Made by a program: the position numbers and the translations under genes
The notes under the pieces: model-generated
Seen by the model: only the letters and a program-made list of their open reading frames with translations
Databases searched by the model: none
Told to the model about the DNA's origin: nothing
Shown here: positions 51,956-63,640 of the stretch, in pieces
Position numbering within the stretch: the first letter of the stretch is position 1
Layout of the letters: every line of letters starts with the position of its first letter
Assembly (NCBI GenBank): GCA_016748015.1
Contig: JAAOMT010000094.1
Coordinates: 51,281 to 115,280 of the forward strand
Direction of reading: 5' to 3'
DNA: 64,000 nt
Source: Geosiphon pyriformis uo1
Lineage: Eukaryota > Fungi > Glomeromycota

Positions 51956-54037
51956 ATGAACACTTTATTAGAAAATTCAAGAGTCATAGACGACACCCCA
52001 CCATACATGTTACAAGTACCAAGTACCGCTGTAATTGATTATCAAAACTATTTAGACTCCTATAATCGTTACTTTGAACTTTGCGGGGTAACACCTCAAC
52101 TAAAACTAAAACCACAATTACCAAACTTAACTTCTCAAGAAAAATCCAATGATAACAAATCATCAAAACGTTCCTCCCAAAAAGAAAACGACCCTTTGAA
52201 AATCACTGATATCTGGAGAAATTTTGTTGATCGAATAAATACTGGTCCGAATCAAAGTACCGATTACTGGAGCAATATTCGAAGACGATTAAATGAAATC
52301 GTGGAAACTCGACCTGCTATCCCGACAATCGTTACCAAACAAAAGTTAAACATCGAATTGGAATGGAGACGTCAACATGAAATTTTTAAGAAACAAAGAC
52401 GAATTTCTGGTGTGGAACAGTTTGTAATTGAGAATCAAAATGAAGAAGTGGTACCTGAAAAATTTTTCGATGAAATTAAAGAAGAAAAGAAGAGATTGAA
52501 ACGAGAACAAAAGATGAGACGAAGCTTTCAAAAATTTCTATGGACCAATGTCAAGATGACTAACTATGGTGAATTAGATTTGGATTGGTTGGTATATAGA
52601 TAAATATAAAAAATAATTAATTGGAATTTTTTGTAAAGTGGATCTAAACCTTCCCCCCTTCTTTGATCACTCACGAATTCATTATTTCTGAAAAAACTTT
52701 ACCTTTTTGAAGGTTATCAAAATTATCACCACAAGAACAATTCAATATTAAACATGAAACTCCACGAAAATTGAAACCCGAATATTTTCAAAGTTATTGG
52801 CGTCAAACTCAGGTCTTTGAAAAAATGGAGCCATCCTCAGGACGATTAACTTACGTTGATGGTGAGTTTAAAAAAAATGTTGATTCCAAATTCATTACAT
52901 TTTTTTGGAAATTTTACATTCTTTTCTCTCTTCTCTCTTCTTCAAAATAGCCTACAAAGAAACGATACAAATAGAAAACCATTTGAAACGACTTTGTGAG
53001 AAAGTGAAAAACAATCCAGATATATTTTTATTGGCCCCAGCATGGGAAAAAGAAATGTTGGTTGAACAACAACAACAACAACGAAAACATTGTGGAAATA
53101 AAATTCATAATAAAAGTCATGGTGTTGATGGAATAAAACGAAAGTCAAAGAAAAATAAAATTTGGTTAAATTTATATCGAAAATTTTTCTCTAAATCTTG
53201 GAATTCAATACCCAAAAATCAATTTGGAGAAGTTGATTTTGATTGGTATGTTTTTTCTTGCATGAAAAGGATTCTTTTAAATTTTGTTGTTGTTGTTGTT
53301 GTTATTGTTATTGTTCTTTCAACTAATTGTTTATTTTAAAAAATTATTTCAATAATAAAGGTACTTATCACTTGCCCCATGGCCGCGATATAAAACCGAA
53401 CACGAGACCCCATCAAAAATGAAACCAGAGCTAGTGAGAAGTATATGGAGACAAGTAGAGATTGATCGAATTCGAGAGGATACTTCAAATATTAGTTATC
53501 GAAGAGGTAGGCACTTTTGTATCAATTTTATTTTTGGCTTCATGAATAAAAGTAATTGAATTCTAATTCATTTTTTTTTTACAGCATATGAATTAGCATT
53601 AAGAAAAGAACGAGACCTTAGACGAGAGTTTGAAAAGGTGTATCGTAGTGATGTATGTCAAAATTTGGTGGATTTATGGGAAAAAGAAGATATTGAGGTA
53701 TGATGCGATATTCGTCATAATTTTTAATATTGAAACTAAAAATTTTACATGATTGGAAATACTTATTCACTTTTATAATTAAAAAATCAAATAGGAACGA
53801 GAAAAACATTATCATCATCATCATCATCATCATCATAATAATCATCACACAAACAACCAATCTAGTACCCATTTATTCTCTTCCATCCCTAACGCTAATC
53901 AGACCTCTTCATCACATTCAAAATCTCCAAAGCCAAAAAAGAAAAAACCCGAGATGGGACATCAAAATGGTTTAAAGCTTTCACTGGGAAAGGTTCGATT
54001 CATGGTTGCTTGCACTGTTGATAGTTATGATAAGTAA
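51956..54037 (+). CDS. Six-exon gene for an uncharacterised ~525-aa protein with two copies of a Trp-rich module; exons 51956-52587, 52713-52861, 52951-53245, 53361-53506, 53585-53697, 53795-54037
   Basis: aaaaATG start. Five GT-AG introns of 78-125 nt (donors GTTGGT, GTGAGT, GTATGT, GTAGGC, GTATGA) give one open frame of 1578 nt. The internal protein repeat continues across the splice junctions. Exon 6 is least certain, since the frame could also stop at TGA 53701-53703. Confidence 0.85.
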
Positions 54038-54497
54038 TAGTGATAGCGGTGTTAATGGCATTCGAAATGAAATAATTTATTTTCAGAAGAATTGTATGGA
54101 TGCATAGTTTAATAGAATGATGAAATTAAATAAAATATTAGAGTATTTTTATTATTCATCTTTATCGAAATTAGTTTGTCATGTAAATTTCAAGCAGTAA
54201 TAAAACATTTGATTTTCAAAATGAAAGCTGTTTATGAATAAATAAAATATTAAAAAGGAAATTAACTAAAATTCTAATGAAAAATTTACAAAAAATAAAG
54301 TTTATTTATTACAAGAATTTAAAAAAAAATATGATTAAACCTAGAAATGCTAAAAATATGTTTTTTTTAGATATAACTTTGGGCATTAAAGTTTAATATT
54401 CGTACTAATCATAGATATCAAAAAAAAGCTACTATGCCAAACTATGCACAATATGATTTTTTTTAAAAGCATAAATTAAGAACCCTGTTCTCTAAAC

Positions 54498-54570
54498 TAG
54501 GTTGGATTGGATTGGATTGAGTTAGGTTAGGTTAGGTTAGGTTTTTTTTGTTTGGTTTGGTTTTGGTTTA
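54498..54570. repeat. Compound pentanucleotide repeat (GGATT)n(GGTTA)n(GGTTT)n
   Basis: Visible in the sequence. Confidence 0.85.
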
Positions 54571-56807
54571 GTAGTCTACCAAACACAAATTGCAATATTT
54601 TTATGGAATCACTTAATAAAAGATTTTCTCAAAATATGTACCGTACAGCATAATTGAATCCCAATTCTTTAAATTTTTATAGTAGACATGAAAATTATAT
54701 ACTAAATTTGAAACAATATCTTATCAAACTCTATTGTAGGCTGGTTTCCAACTTTTTTTTTTGACTTGACTTAACCGTAAATTTCGGATGTGAATTTTTT
54801 TTTTAGATTATGAGTTTTAAGATTGTTACATGATTTTCGTTAAATTGCCAAATTTAATAATTCAGGTATAAATTAGCCCATTATATGACGGAAAAGCTTT
54901 GTCTAAATCTTTTTTAACATAGACTTTTCTGGCAACCTGCTTGTATTGCAACATCCCACCATCTATCTAATGTGCTAAATGAATATAAAAACTAAACTAA
55001 ACAATTCAAATGTTTATTTTAAACAAGATTTTCTCAAAAGAGCAGTCAGTAACATAATGCGGGATTATTCGGGTATGATTCTTTGTTATGGATATTAATT
55101 CACATGAAGGTTTTGAACAAAATTTTTAAAGAACAAATTGTTCCTTTTCAATATCTAGTTCTCCAATTGTAATAAGACTTTTTAATATATTCTTTACCTT
55201 GTAAATCGTATGATTTATTGTTTTAATATTTTGCAAATATTACTTGAAATTCATATTTTGATATTATTCTTCGATTTGTTTGTATAAAATTATTAGACAA
55301 AAATATTAATTTTTAATTATATATTTAATTTTTACTTCTCAATCTTATATAATGCTCTATCGGTTCAATTATATGCTTTAAAATAGGTGTAAGAAACTTC
55401 TTAGTTATTTTATAATTTCATTGAATGATTTTAAAAAAATTATTGAAACAAAAATTTCTATAAAACTTTGAATGGTATCATCAAAGATTCGAATAACGAT
55501 ATATTTTGAATCTTTGTCATTTTTTTTATGTTTTAATTTTTTTTGTAAGCAATATTAATCTTTTTTTTATCAATGAATACGAATAACATAAATTTGAAAA
55601 AAATTAACTATGAATTGAAAGTAAATATTTTTTTTATAAAATTTGTGTAATATATTAGAATTTGTATCATACCATAGCATTCAGTATGTTGTATCAAATT
55701 CATATGCATATTGATGAAATTACATAAAATCAATTTTTTTTTTTAAAAATAAATACAATTTTATAACTAATCTTTAAATAATTATTAATTTGATATTATT
55801 TGTAATAAATAAAAATTTTTTTGGTAATTAATTAATATATAAAATAAAATAATACAAAATTTTTATTAATAATTTCACTTATAATTGGTTTAAATACAAT
55901 TTTTTTTATTAATTATTTTAATTCACATAAATTCTATATTAAATTTTACAATTTATTTATTGTCTTACATATTAATTGTATTAGTTATTTTTAATTTTTA
56001 ATTTAATAATTATATAATTATTTCATCAACTATGCATTAATCATTTATCTCATTTTAAATAACCATTGATTATAAATTAAAATTAAAACCAAAAAAAAAA
56101 ACCATAAAATTATTCTTAATTCCTAATATTTAATTAATTATTACGTTATTTTACAATTTTATTAATAATTATTTATAATTATTTTTCATTCCTATTATTG
56201 TTTTAATGATAAACAAAACAATAATATTCAAATTCTGAAACCTGTTAAATCATAAAAAAACAATTTAAAATGCAAATTTTTAATGCTAAAGAAAAAATAT
56301 TTTACTCCACAAAACAATAATAATTTATTGTAATCTTTTAATATTCAGGAATTTAAATTAAAAAATACCGGATTACCATTTATTTATTTTAATTGAATTT
56401 AAATTTAGCATGTTCTTTCTAAATTTTGTTTTTATAATATATTAGAATTTAAGACGTTTTAAATTTAAAATCCAAAAAAACTTTAAAAATTATCTTAATG
56501 CTTATTCTCAAACCTTTTTTAAGTTAAGGAATATACATATATTTCTTTTAGAATACTAAGGACTTGGATTATTTCATATAAAATGAGTATAGTGTAAAAA
56601 TTTAAAAAATCATAAATTACTAAAAAGAAATTTTGAAAATCTTAAAATAATAAAAATTGAATTGAATAAATTACAAAGACATTTCAATTTTTTGGATTAT
56701 AATGACTTAAATGAAAAGCTTATAGAATGCTAAAATATTATGAATTTCATATTAATGTCTTTTAAAAATGATTTTTAAAAATCAATTATATGTAAAATCT
56801 TTTTTTT

Positions 56808-57794
56808 TTAACCTTCCTTTGGAAAAATAGAAGGCAGCATATGGTTATTGGTAAGAATTATGGGATTATCTATCTCTTCAAATGAATGTTGATTAAACCC
56901 AGGCATTTTATATTGAATCTCATCCCAATCTGAAAAAAGTGCGAATTGTTGTGAACCTTGGCTGTAGTGGAATGGATAATTAAAATTATTTGTAGGTTTA
57001 TAGAGTTCTTGAAAGTTTGATGGAGTCTCATGGTTAAATCTTAAGGAGTTTGTTTCTTCATTATTTAATGAGTTTTGAGGTACATAGGAGGACGAAAAGG
57101 ATTGAATGGAAGGATTATTTTTATGAAGGGGGCAATTAGATTGATTAAGCATATCAGTATCACAAATCATTTCTTGATTAGAGACAGTAGAAGCACTGTG
57201 AAAACTTATTTCGGGATCTATAGTGGGATATTGATTCCACTGAATTTCCGATAAATTTGTATGATCATCACTAGAATTGCTAATTTTATCACAAAGGGAA
57301 TTTGATATATTAATTTTACCCTTTGATCTAAGCTTTGGGTATGTTCTTTCATACTCTAATTTTACAAGCCTTGCGATTCTTTTATACTCCCTTTTAATCC
57401 AAGTAGATTCACTTTCCCATGCCTGGCTTGCCATCGTCGAAACCATACGCATCGGTAATTTATAGCCGACCTTCTTAGCCGCTTGTGTAAAAATCCTACG
57501 ATAAATCATAAACACATTCGGAGGTTTAGTTGGGAATTTTCCATCTTTAGGTTTCGAATAAACAAGTTCTGAAACTTGAATGCTCGGAGGAAAAGGAGGT
57601 TTAAAATGAGTAATCAATTCTTTTATATCTCTAGTGTGATCTGTTAATTCATTGTTAGAGGAACCAATGAAAAAATAAGTGTGAGATGGGGATAAATTCT
57701 CTGAGCTAACAGAAAAGGTATTTGGCGAAGATGATGAGTGAAAATAGGGAAGGAGATTTGAAGAAGATTTCTTCAGTCTGAAAGAAGTTTTCAT
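56808..57794 (-). CDS. Intronless MATA/SOX-TCF-type HMG-box transcription factor (~328 aa)
   Basis: Intact ORF with PPFPP..I followed by KPPNVFMIYRR..MRMVSTMASQAWESE..IKREYKRIA, the layout of the expanded Glomeromycotina HMG-box family, and a S/N/Q-rich tail. Start placed at the second ATG because the first (57836) abuts the TATA box. Confidence 0.9.
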   Translation of the reverse strand: MKTSFRLKKSSSNLLPYFHSSSSPNTFSVSSENLSPSHTYFFIGSSNNELTDHTRDIKELITHFKPPFPPSIQVSELVYSKPKDGKFPTKPPNVFMIYRRIFTQAAKKVGYKLPMRMVSTMASQAWESESTWIKREYKRIARLVKLEYERTYPKLRSKGKINISNSLCDKISNSSDDHTNLSEIQWNQYPTIDPEISFHSASTVSNQEMICDTDMLNQSNCPLHKNNPSIQSFSSSYVPQNSLNNEETNSLRFNHETPSNFQELYKPTNNFNYPFHYSQGSQQFALFSDWDEIQYKMPGFNQHSFEEIDNPIILTNNHMLPSIFPKEG

Positions 57795-57840
57795 AATGAA
57801 TGAAATTTGAAATAATAGTTGAGTTTGGTAGAACATCCTC

Positions 57841-57848
57841 TATTTATA
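57841..57848 (-). promoter_or_regulatory. Putative TATA box of the HMG-box gene
   Basis: TATAAATA on the minus strand, ~47 nt upstream of ATG 57794. The AT-rich background limits specificity. Confidence 0.5.
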
Positions 57849-58668
57849 CTATTTCAGAAACTGGAAATTATTTATGACTTTGACAGATTGATTACAAAAT
57901 AACAAGGTTTTTTGGACTTTTTTAGTTTTTTATATTGAATTCAACTCTTTAATAATATTTATATTTTTAAAAAATTATCTTTAGATCATTTAGCCAAATT
58001 CGGAAAGTTGTAACAAGATTTGAAACTATCCGGGTCCTCGGTCCTCGCTCCTCTCTGGGCGCTATAGTGGTTAAAATTCCAGCTGAGGCAACTTCGAATT
58101 TTGCTTTTAATCTTCAGTTTCCCCTTAAACTCTTCTAAACGCTGAGAAAAAGTATAAAATTCTGAGAAAATACAGTTTTCCGGATTTATCAATTATTAAT
58201 TATTCAATGTTTATTATAAAGAAGCTTAAAAAATAGACATCACAAAATTTTCCTTTTTTAAGAAAATTTAATCCAAAAAAGAAAAAAAACAATAGTACAA
58301 CCGATATTCAATATGGCAATGAGCAAATCCTTAACCCGCAAGTTTCATATCGTCATATGATGATGACAAGTTTTTGGTAGATGCAAGACTTTACAGTCAA
58401 AAAACTCTATTTAAACTCAAACTATTATCTAAAAATAGTTTTAAAAAAAGTTGTGAAATTAAATTAGACCTCAAAAATGGAATTTGATTCTAATTGAAAC
58501 TTCGCCAATATTTTGAAAAGCACGTTTTTTTTGACCGCTTTTAGAAACTTATAAACAAATTTGTAAAAATCTTAAATTCATATGTCCCACAAAATATTTG
58601 AAAAGCAGGCTTTTTGCGAATATTCTTTTGTGTTACCATATGGTAAATTTTAGACAAAAAGAATAGGG

Positions 58669-59333
58669 GAGATCATGTAAAATTTCATGATGTATGGTTT
58701 TACAAGAGTTAGAATAACCAATTTTACTAAGAGTTCATTGATAAAAATGGCAATATATTTAAAGTAATTTAAATTCATAAGATACAAAACTTTAATCAGA
58801 CACAATAGTAAAATTGTATTTGAATGATAAAAGGTAGTTTTTTAGAATAAAGATTTTTATTATGCTGTTGAAAAACTACATTTTTTTAAATCAAATCCAA
58901 AATAAGCTTATGACGCTTTTTTACACTCATAAGCCAAATTTTCAAACATTCTTTTTAAGCTTTATCAGAAAAAGGCGTAAAAACTAATTTGATTTCTTAT
59001 TTTCTTTTAATATTTCAGTGAATTTTTCTACATAATCTTTGTGCAAATTTTTAATGAAACCACTTTCCAAAAAATTGCCAAAAATATATTTAAACAAGAC
59101 CGATTTTTTATGTTTTAAACCGAGTAAACCATTATAGTGTATTAATTGCAAAAAATTATTTGAATAAAATATATTATAAAACAATCAGAATTTGGGACTT
59201 GTTTTAAAAATTGAATCTACGGGCAGATAACTCTGCTTTTTGTTGAGCTTTTTTTAAAAGTAACTCTGGAATTAAAAATCTCCAAGTGACTACAATGAAA
59301 GGTTTTGGAAATTCACCCTTTTTACATGATCTC
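58669..59333. mobile_element. Candidate MITE / non-autonomous TIR element (665 bp)
   Basis: Perfect 14-bp inverted repeat GAGATCATGTAAAA (58669-58682) / TTTTACATGATCTC (59320-59333). No clean TSD and no coding interior. Confidence 0.4.
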
Positions 59334-60303
59334 TACCATTGATTCAAAGCCGCCCAAGGAAATATTATCGCGATAGTGTATTAAGCCTAACTTTTTTATT
59401 GCACTGAAAATCTAATCGATTAAAAAGCCCCCAGATAAGTGTTTAAAACATACAAACCCCAGTCGACTTGAGATTAATTTTCAGAACATCGATTTGGAAC
59501 GTCAGAATGGTGATATTCTATAGCGGCTGATCTCGAACTTCTTTTCAAATTTGTTAATATAGGCGAAAATAAAAATCAAAGATGACTTTACCACAGGCCA
59601 AAAATTGTCAAAATTCCATTGTTCTAACCCAGCGATCTAATGTTCATAAATATTATGTCGGGTTCCAATTAGAGAATTCGCTTCTAATTTCTTCAATTTT
59701 GCAATTTGGGCAAGAAACGTTGACCTCCGTCACGTATTCACATTGAAAGAAAGACAATTTCTTTAAAATTTTGTACTCCGCTAACCCGCCTAAGAACTTT
59801 TTCTGTAGGTTTTTGTGTTTATATTTAGAAAAATAAAACAAGTCTTGCTTAGCTTGAACAAAAATTGCTATTAGATTTGGAAACTTTCTTTTCTTTATAT
59901 CAACTTCACTAGAAAAAAGATATTTCCTTTCATTTTGGCTTGGTATTGGAAATACCGTAAGTTACTGACTTGTAGAACTCCCTTTAATTTATACCCTTTG
60001 ACGTTAGTCTTTTTTTATATAGCTAAAATGTTTATACTAAAGAGAGCTTTAAAAATTTATCCAAGCTAATCTTCGGAATATATTTCATATCTAAATTTAA
60101 TTTCTGGAGATTTTAATATTTAGTTTTCTGTATTTTTTTAATGTACACGTAGTAGTTTAAATTACCAAAAAAATATTTCTTATCCTGGTATAATTTTGAC
60201 AGTTTTTTTAATATGAAAACTTTTTTCGATTTGGGAATGTTTTTACGAGCAAAAAAGTTTTTACATAAAAGCAGAAGAATATTTGTTTAATAAACAATAT
60301 CTA

Positions 60304-60698
60304 TTATTGAATTTTAAACCATTCCTTTTCGTCTTTGAAAAAAAAAACAAAATTTCAACGCGAAAAAATGATCTCCACTCGTAATACTCCCAGGGAATAA
60401 AACTGAAACTCGATGATTTCTTTTTGATATATAAACCCTTTCCACTAAGGTCATTTTCTTACTACGGTCTTTTCCAAGGAGTGAAATGGTCACATAAAAA
60501 ACCTCTTTGCCCCTTGGTTCTTCGAAAGTGTAATCAATCGTGAAACCAGCTTGACCCTTAAAAAGTGTATTGGATTTTGGATTATCTATTTTATATTTAT
60601 ATTTCCTAGTTAAATTGGTTGAGTAAAAGCGATATTGATCCAAATAAAATTATCACGCAAACGAAAAAGGAAAGGGAAAGAAAATGCGCTGTGTGCAT
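60304..60698 (-). pseudogene. Small secreted protein (signal peptide plus beta-sandwich, Kre9/Knh1-N-like), frameshifted
   Basis: aaaaATG at 60698 gives MHTAHFLSLSFFVCVIILFGSIS. A +1 shift in a T-run enters ORF 60314..60643 (KIDNPKSNTLFKG..FTIDY..VTISL..FPGSITSGDH). A second shift in a T-run gives ..KDEKEWFKIQ*. Confidence 0.55.
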
Positions 60699-62599
60699 TT
60701 TTTTAAACTGAAGCAAAAGTTTCCTATCCTCGAAATTTTCAGTTTATTTCTAGTAATCTTTTTTATTAATTATTTTCAATTTAAGGTGAGGCTTTTAAAA
60801 CTGGGCGAAAGCCTCATGTTTTCAATTCGTACATTTTATTGATAGTTCACAAGGTTTTTCTATTTTTGAAATTTTGCTGACTTTGTTTTCCATTAAAAAT
60901 TAGCAAAGTTCTTTATGGAAGCTAGTTCAATAAATCAAGACATATCTTAATTTTTATGGGATTTCATCTTTAATTAAAGCTCGAAATAAAAGGACTCAAG
61001 AAAACCGTTTGCCTTTAGCAGAAATATAGATTATCTACTATTTACGTTCAAGATCTTTTTGGTATTTTCCCCTACTTTCGTTTTTAAATTTTCTGCTACT
61101 TTCTTCCATTCTTGCCTGTTATCTTTCCCATTATGCCAGTTATCTAAGGAAAATCTGCTTTAAATATTTATATCTAACTGTAATTAACGGTTACACCATC
61201 TGAAAACTAAAGATTCGTACATTCTTGAGAAAGTTAGCTTTTTTACGAGAATACAACTGACCAGTCCATTAAAAGGCTGACTATCAGTGAAATCAGAATG
61301 TGATGCAAGGAAGACAAAATAAAGCTAAAACTACAAAGATTTTATTGAAATTTAATGAGTTTGCTGATTGCTCCTAACATCTCTTCAACTAAAAATTGAC
61401 TGGTTAATTTGCGTTTTTTAGGCAAGGAAAAAATCACCTCTTTTTGGAAATCATGACAAAAAATTTTTTTTTGCAACTAACCAAATATGGTAATGGGTGA
61501 AAAGAATTCCAAAAATATCAAAGTGAGATAATTCCTTACTACGTGTTTTAGTAATTTCGTTCAAAAAGTCTTCTTTTCCATAAACGTAACCATTAAACAC
61601 AAAATGATTGATTCTTCCAATTAGGCTTGAAAATGGTTTTTTGCAATTTCGATCATGTTTAAAAGAATGTTTACGTTCATCAACCCAAAAATTTTCATAA
61701 AAAGAAGCATCCCTTGATCGATAAGTTTAGCTTGATCAATTTCGAGATAATTTAATACTCTAATTTCAATTATATTTTTTAATGCTGGTATGGGAGAAGC
61801 TACTACAAAATTTTCAAATTCAATTTTTTTAAAAGATTAAAATTCTCATGGCCTAAGTTATGCTAAAATTAGCTGTCAAAGCGAAAATATTTGACGTGTT
61901 TGTAGAATCTGCAAAAATTATATTACGATGACCATTAAATAAAAGTTATATCTTTAAAGAAAAGATATGGTAAAAAATTTTCCAAGATTTGATATACGTT
62001 GAATACAGGATATTATTAAGGTTTGGGAGATAAAAAGTTCATAAACTTTAAAATAGAGTTTCGGATTGCGGCTAATGCATTCTAATCATGAAATTTGTGA
62101 AACCGCCAATTTCCTCAAAATATTTTATACTCAATCCTTCTATGTTTCTTTGATTTAAGTTAAAAGCATCAACTGACTGGTTCAGTTTTTTGTATATAAA
62201 TGTATGTATGTATGAATAACTTTTTTTCTTTACGACTTTTAAGAAAAGGCTAAATCATCATTAGTTTTACCTTGAAACAAACCATTTTTTTTAAAAAAAG
62301 TTTGAGAATTGTGAAATTGATCTCATTTTATGTAAGGCCAAAAAAGAAAGCATACTACGCATCAAACTAGCAAATTAAATAAGAAATAAAGAAAAAAGTC
62401 AAATCATTGGATAGTCATATATATACTAAATCTTCGGATTAAATCTACTTCGGTTTAAGGAGTTTTAAACCACGCGATAATCAGTTTAATGATTAAAATA
62501 AGTGGTCTTTGTTGTTAAATTTAAACATGTATTATAAAAATTATTGGTAAGAAATATTTATCCTATAAAAAAGAATAAAATTAAATTATAATATTAATA

Positions 62600-62830
62600 T
62601 TAATCAAACTCGACAAATTGAACAATTTGAGGTTAATTCATTTATCTTTTTTTCAATCATTTACTCAAAATTAGAAACTTTTATACTATTTTCATTACAA
62701 TTTTTCTGTTTAATATATGTAAGTGCAGTATCTAATTTTTCAATTTCAACTTTTTCAGGATCTTCTACACTATCAACAATTTTGATAATTTCTTCATCAA
62801 ACGATATGGCTTTCATTGGTATTCTTAAAA
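62600..62830 (-). pseudogene. Possible remnant of a pogo/Tigger-like transposase acidic C-terminus
   Basis: Translates as ..FDEEIIKIVDSVEDPEKVEIEKLDTALTYIKQ.., which resembles the tail of CENP-B/pogo transposases. No DDD core or TIRs seen. Confidence 0.25.
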
Positions 62831-63159
62831 ATTGTTGTGTCTAACAATTTACAGTCTTTTCTTCAATAACAAGTATTGAGGAAAAGCAATTGGAAGTAGC
62901 AAAAATAGTTGAACTGTATCTCCGATTCCTTAGGACTCATGATATTTAAGGGATAAATTTCTTTGAAATTTTTCATCTACAACATCCTTCAACCAACAAC
63001 CTTACTCATTTACTACATTCGAAAAATTTAAAACCTTTGAAGTGCATTTTCAAAAAAAATTCAAATTTGACATCTGTCCAAAACTTTAAATTTGTAAAAA
63101 TTTTACATTACCTTCTCCTGAGTTGAAATGAAAATAAATTAAAGAAACTATTTTTAAGA

Positions 63160-63640
63160 ATGAGCGCAGAAGAGTTCTTCTGGCTTACTCACAATTTTTC
63201 TATCCTTTGAACTTTTTCATTGTCTTTTGGACAAAAGAAGTCTAAGCTTCAGTCTAAATAACACCTTAACCGATGACGGCGATAGTACACTTAATAAACG
63301 CCTTGTCCACGCACAAATTACTTATTACAAAGGCTATGTTCTTAAAAACGCTGCATGCTACGAGCATGGCATGATTACTGCAATGTCAATCGAAAGATTA
63401 TAAATGCATTGAAGTTAAACATCATGTCAAATCTGTCAAATCTATTGTAGTTAAAGTCTTTGATATACGCGGTAGTTGTCCGAATAAGCAAAATTTTGTT
63501 TTAACCAGAATAGGTTTTTCCAAATTAGCTCAACCTGAAAAAGGTTGTATCAATATTGTCTGAAGGCCAAAACCAAGATGTCCCACCAAGGTGCTTGGCC
63601 CCGTTTCGAGCAAAACAAGTGCAAATGAAATGTTGAATAG
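63160..63640 (+). pseudogene. RlpA-like double-psi beta-barrel (expansin/loosenin-like) secreted protein pseudogene
   Basis: Pieces in shifting frames: hydrophobic leader LLTIFLSFELFHCLL; ..NKR|LVHAQITYYKG..LKNAACY..MITAMS; YKCIEVK..SIVVKVFD..GSCP..FVLT..GFSKLA..G.INIV*RP.P.CPTK. These match the DPBB pattern TYY..ACG..+.V.+VD.C..C....DL+..AF..LA....G.+.+.W. Not in the ORF track. Confidence 0.8.

Noticed and set aside
54522-54542. (TTAGG)n as a telomeric repeat
   Set aside because: Only about four units, interstitial and part of a compound pentamer microsatellite.
56808-57836. Mating-type locus
   Set aside because: No flanking triose-phosphate transporter/RNA helicase or homeodomain genes in the window, and such HMG genes are a large family in this lineage.
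59400-61760. Coding-like stretches at 59653-59960 and 61430-61720 (minus)
   Set aside because: No recognisable motif, start context or splice structure; possibly old pseudogene debris but unsupported.
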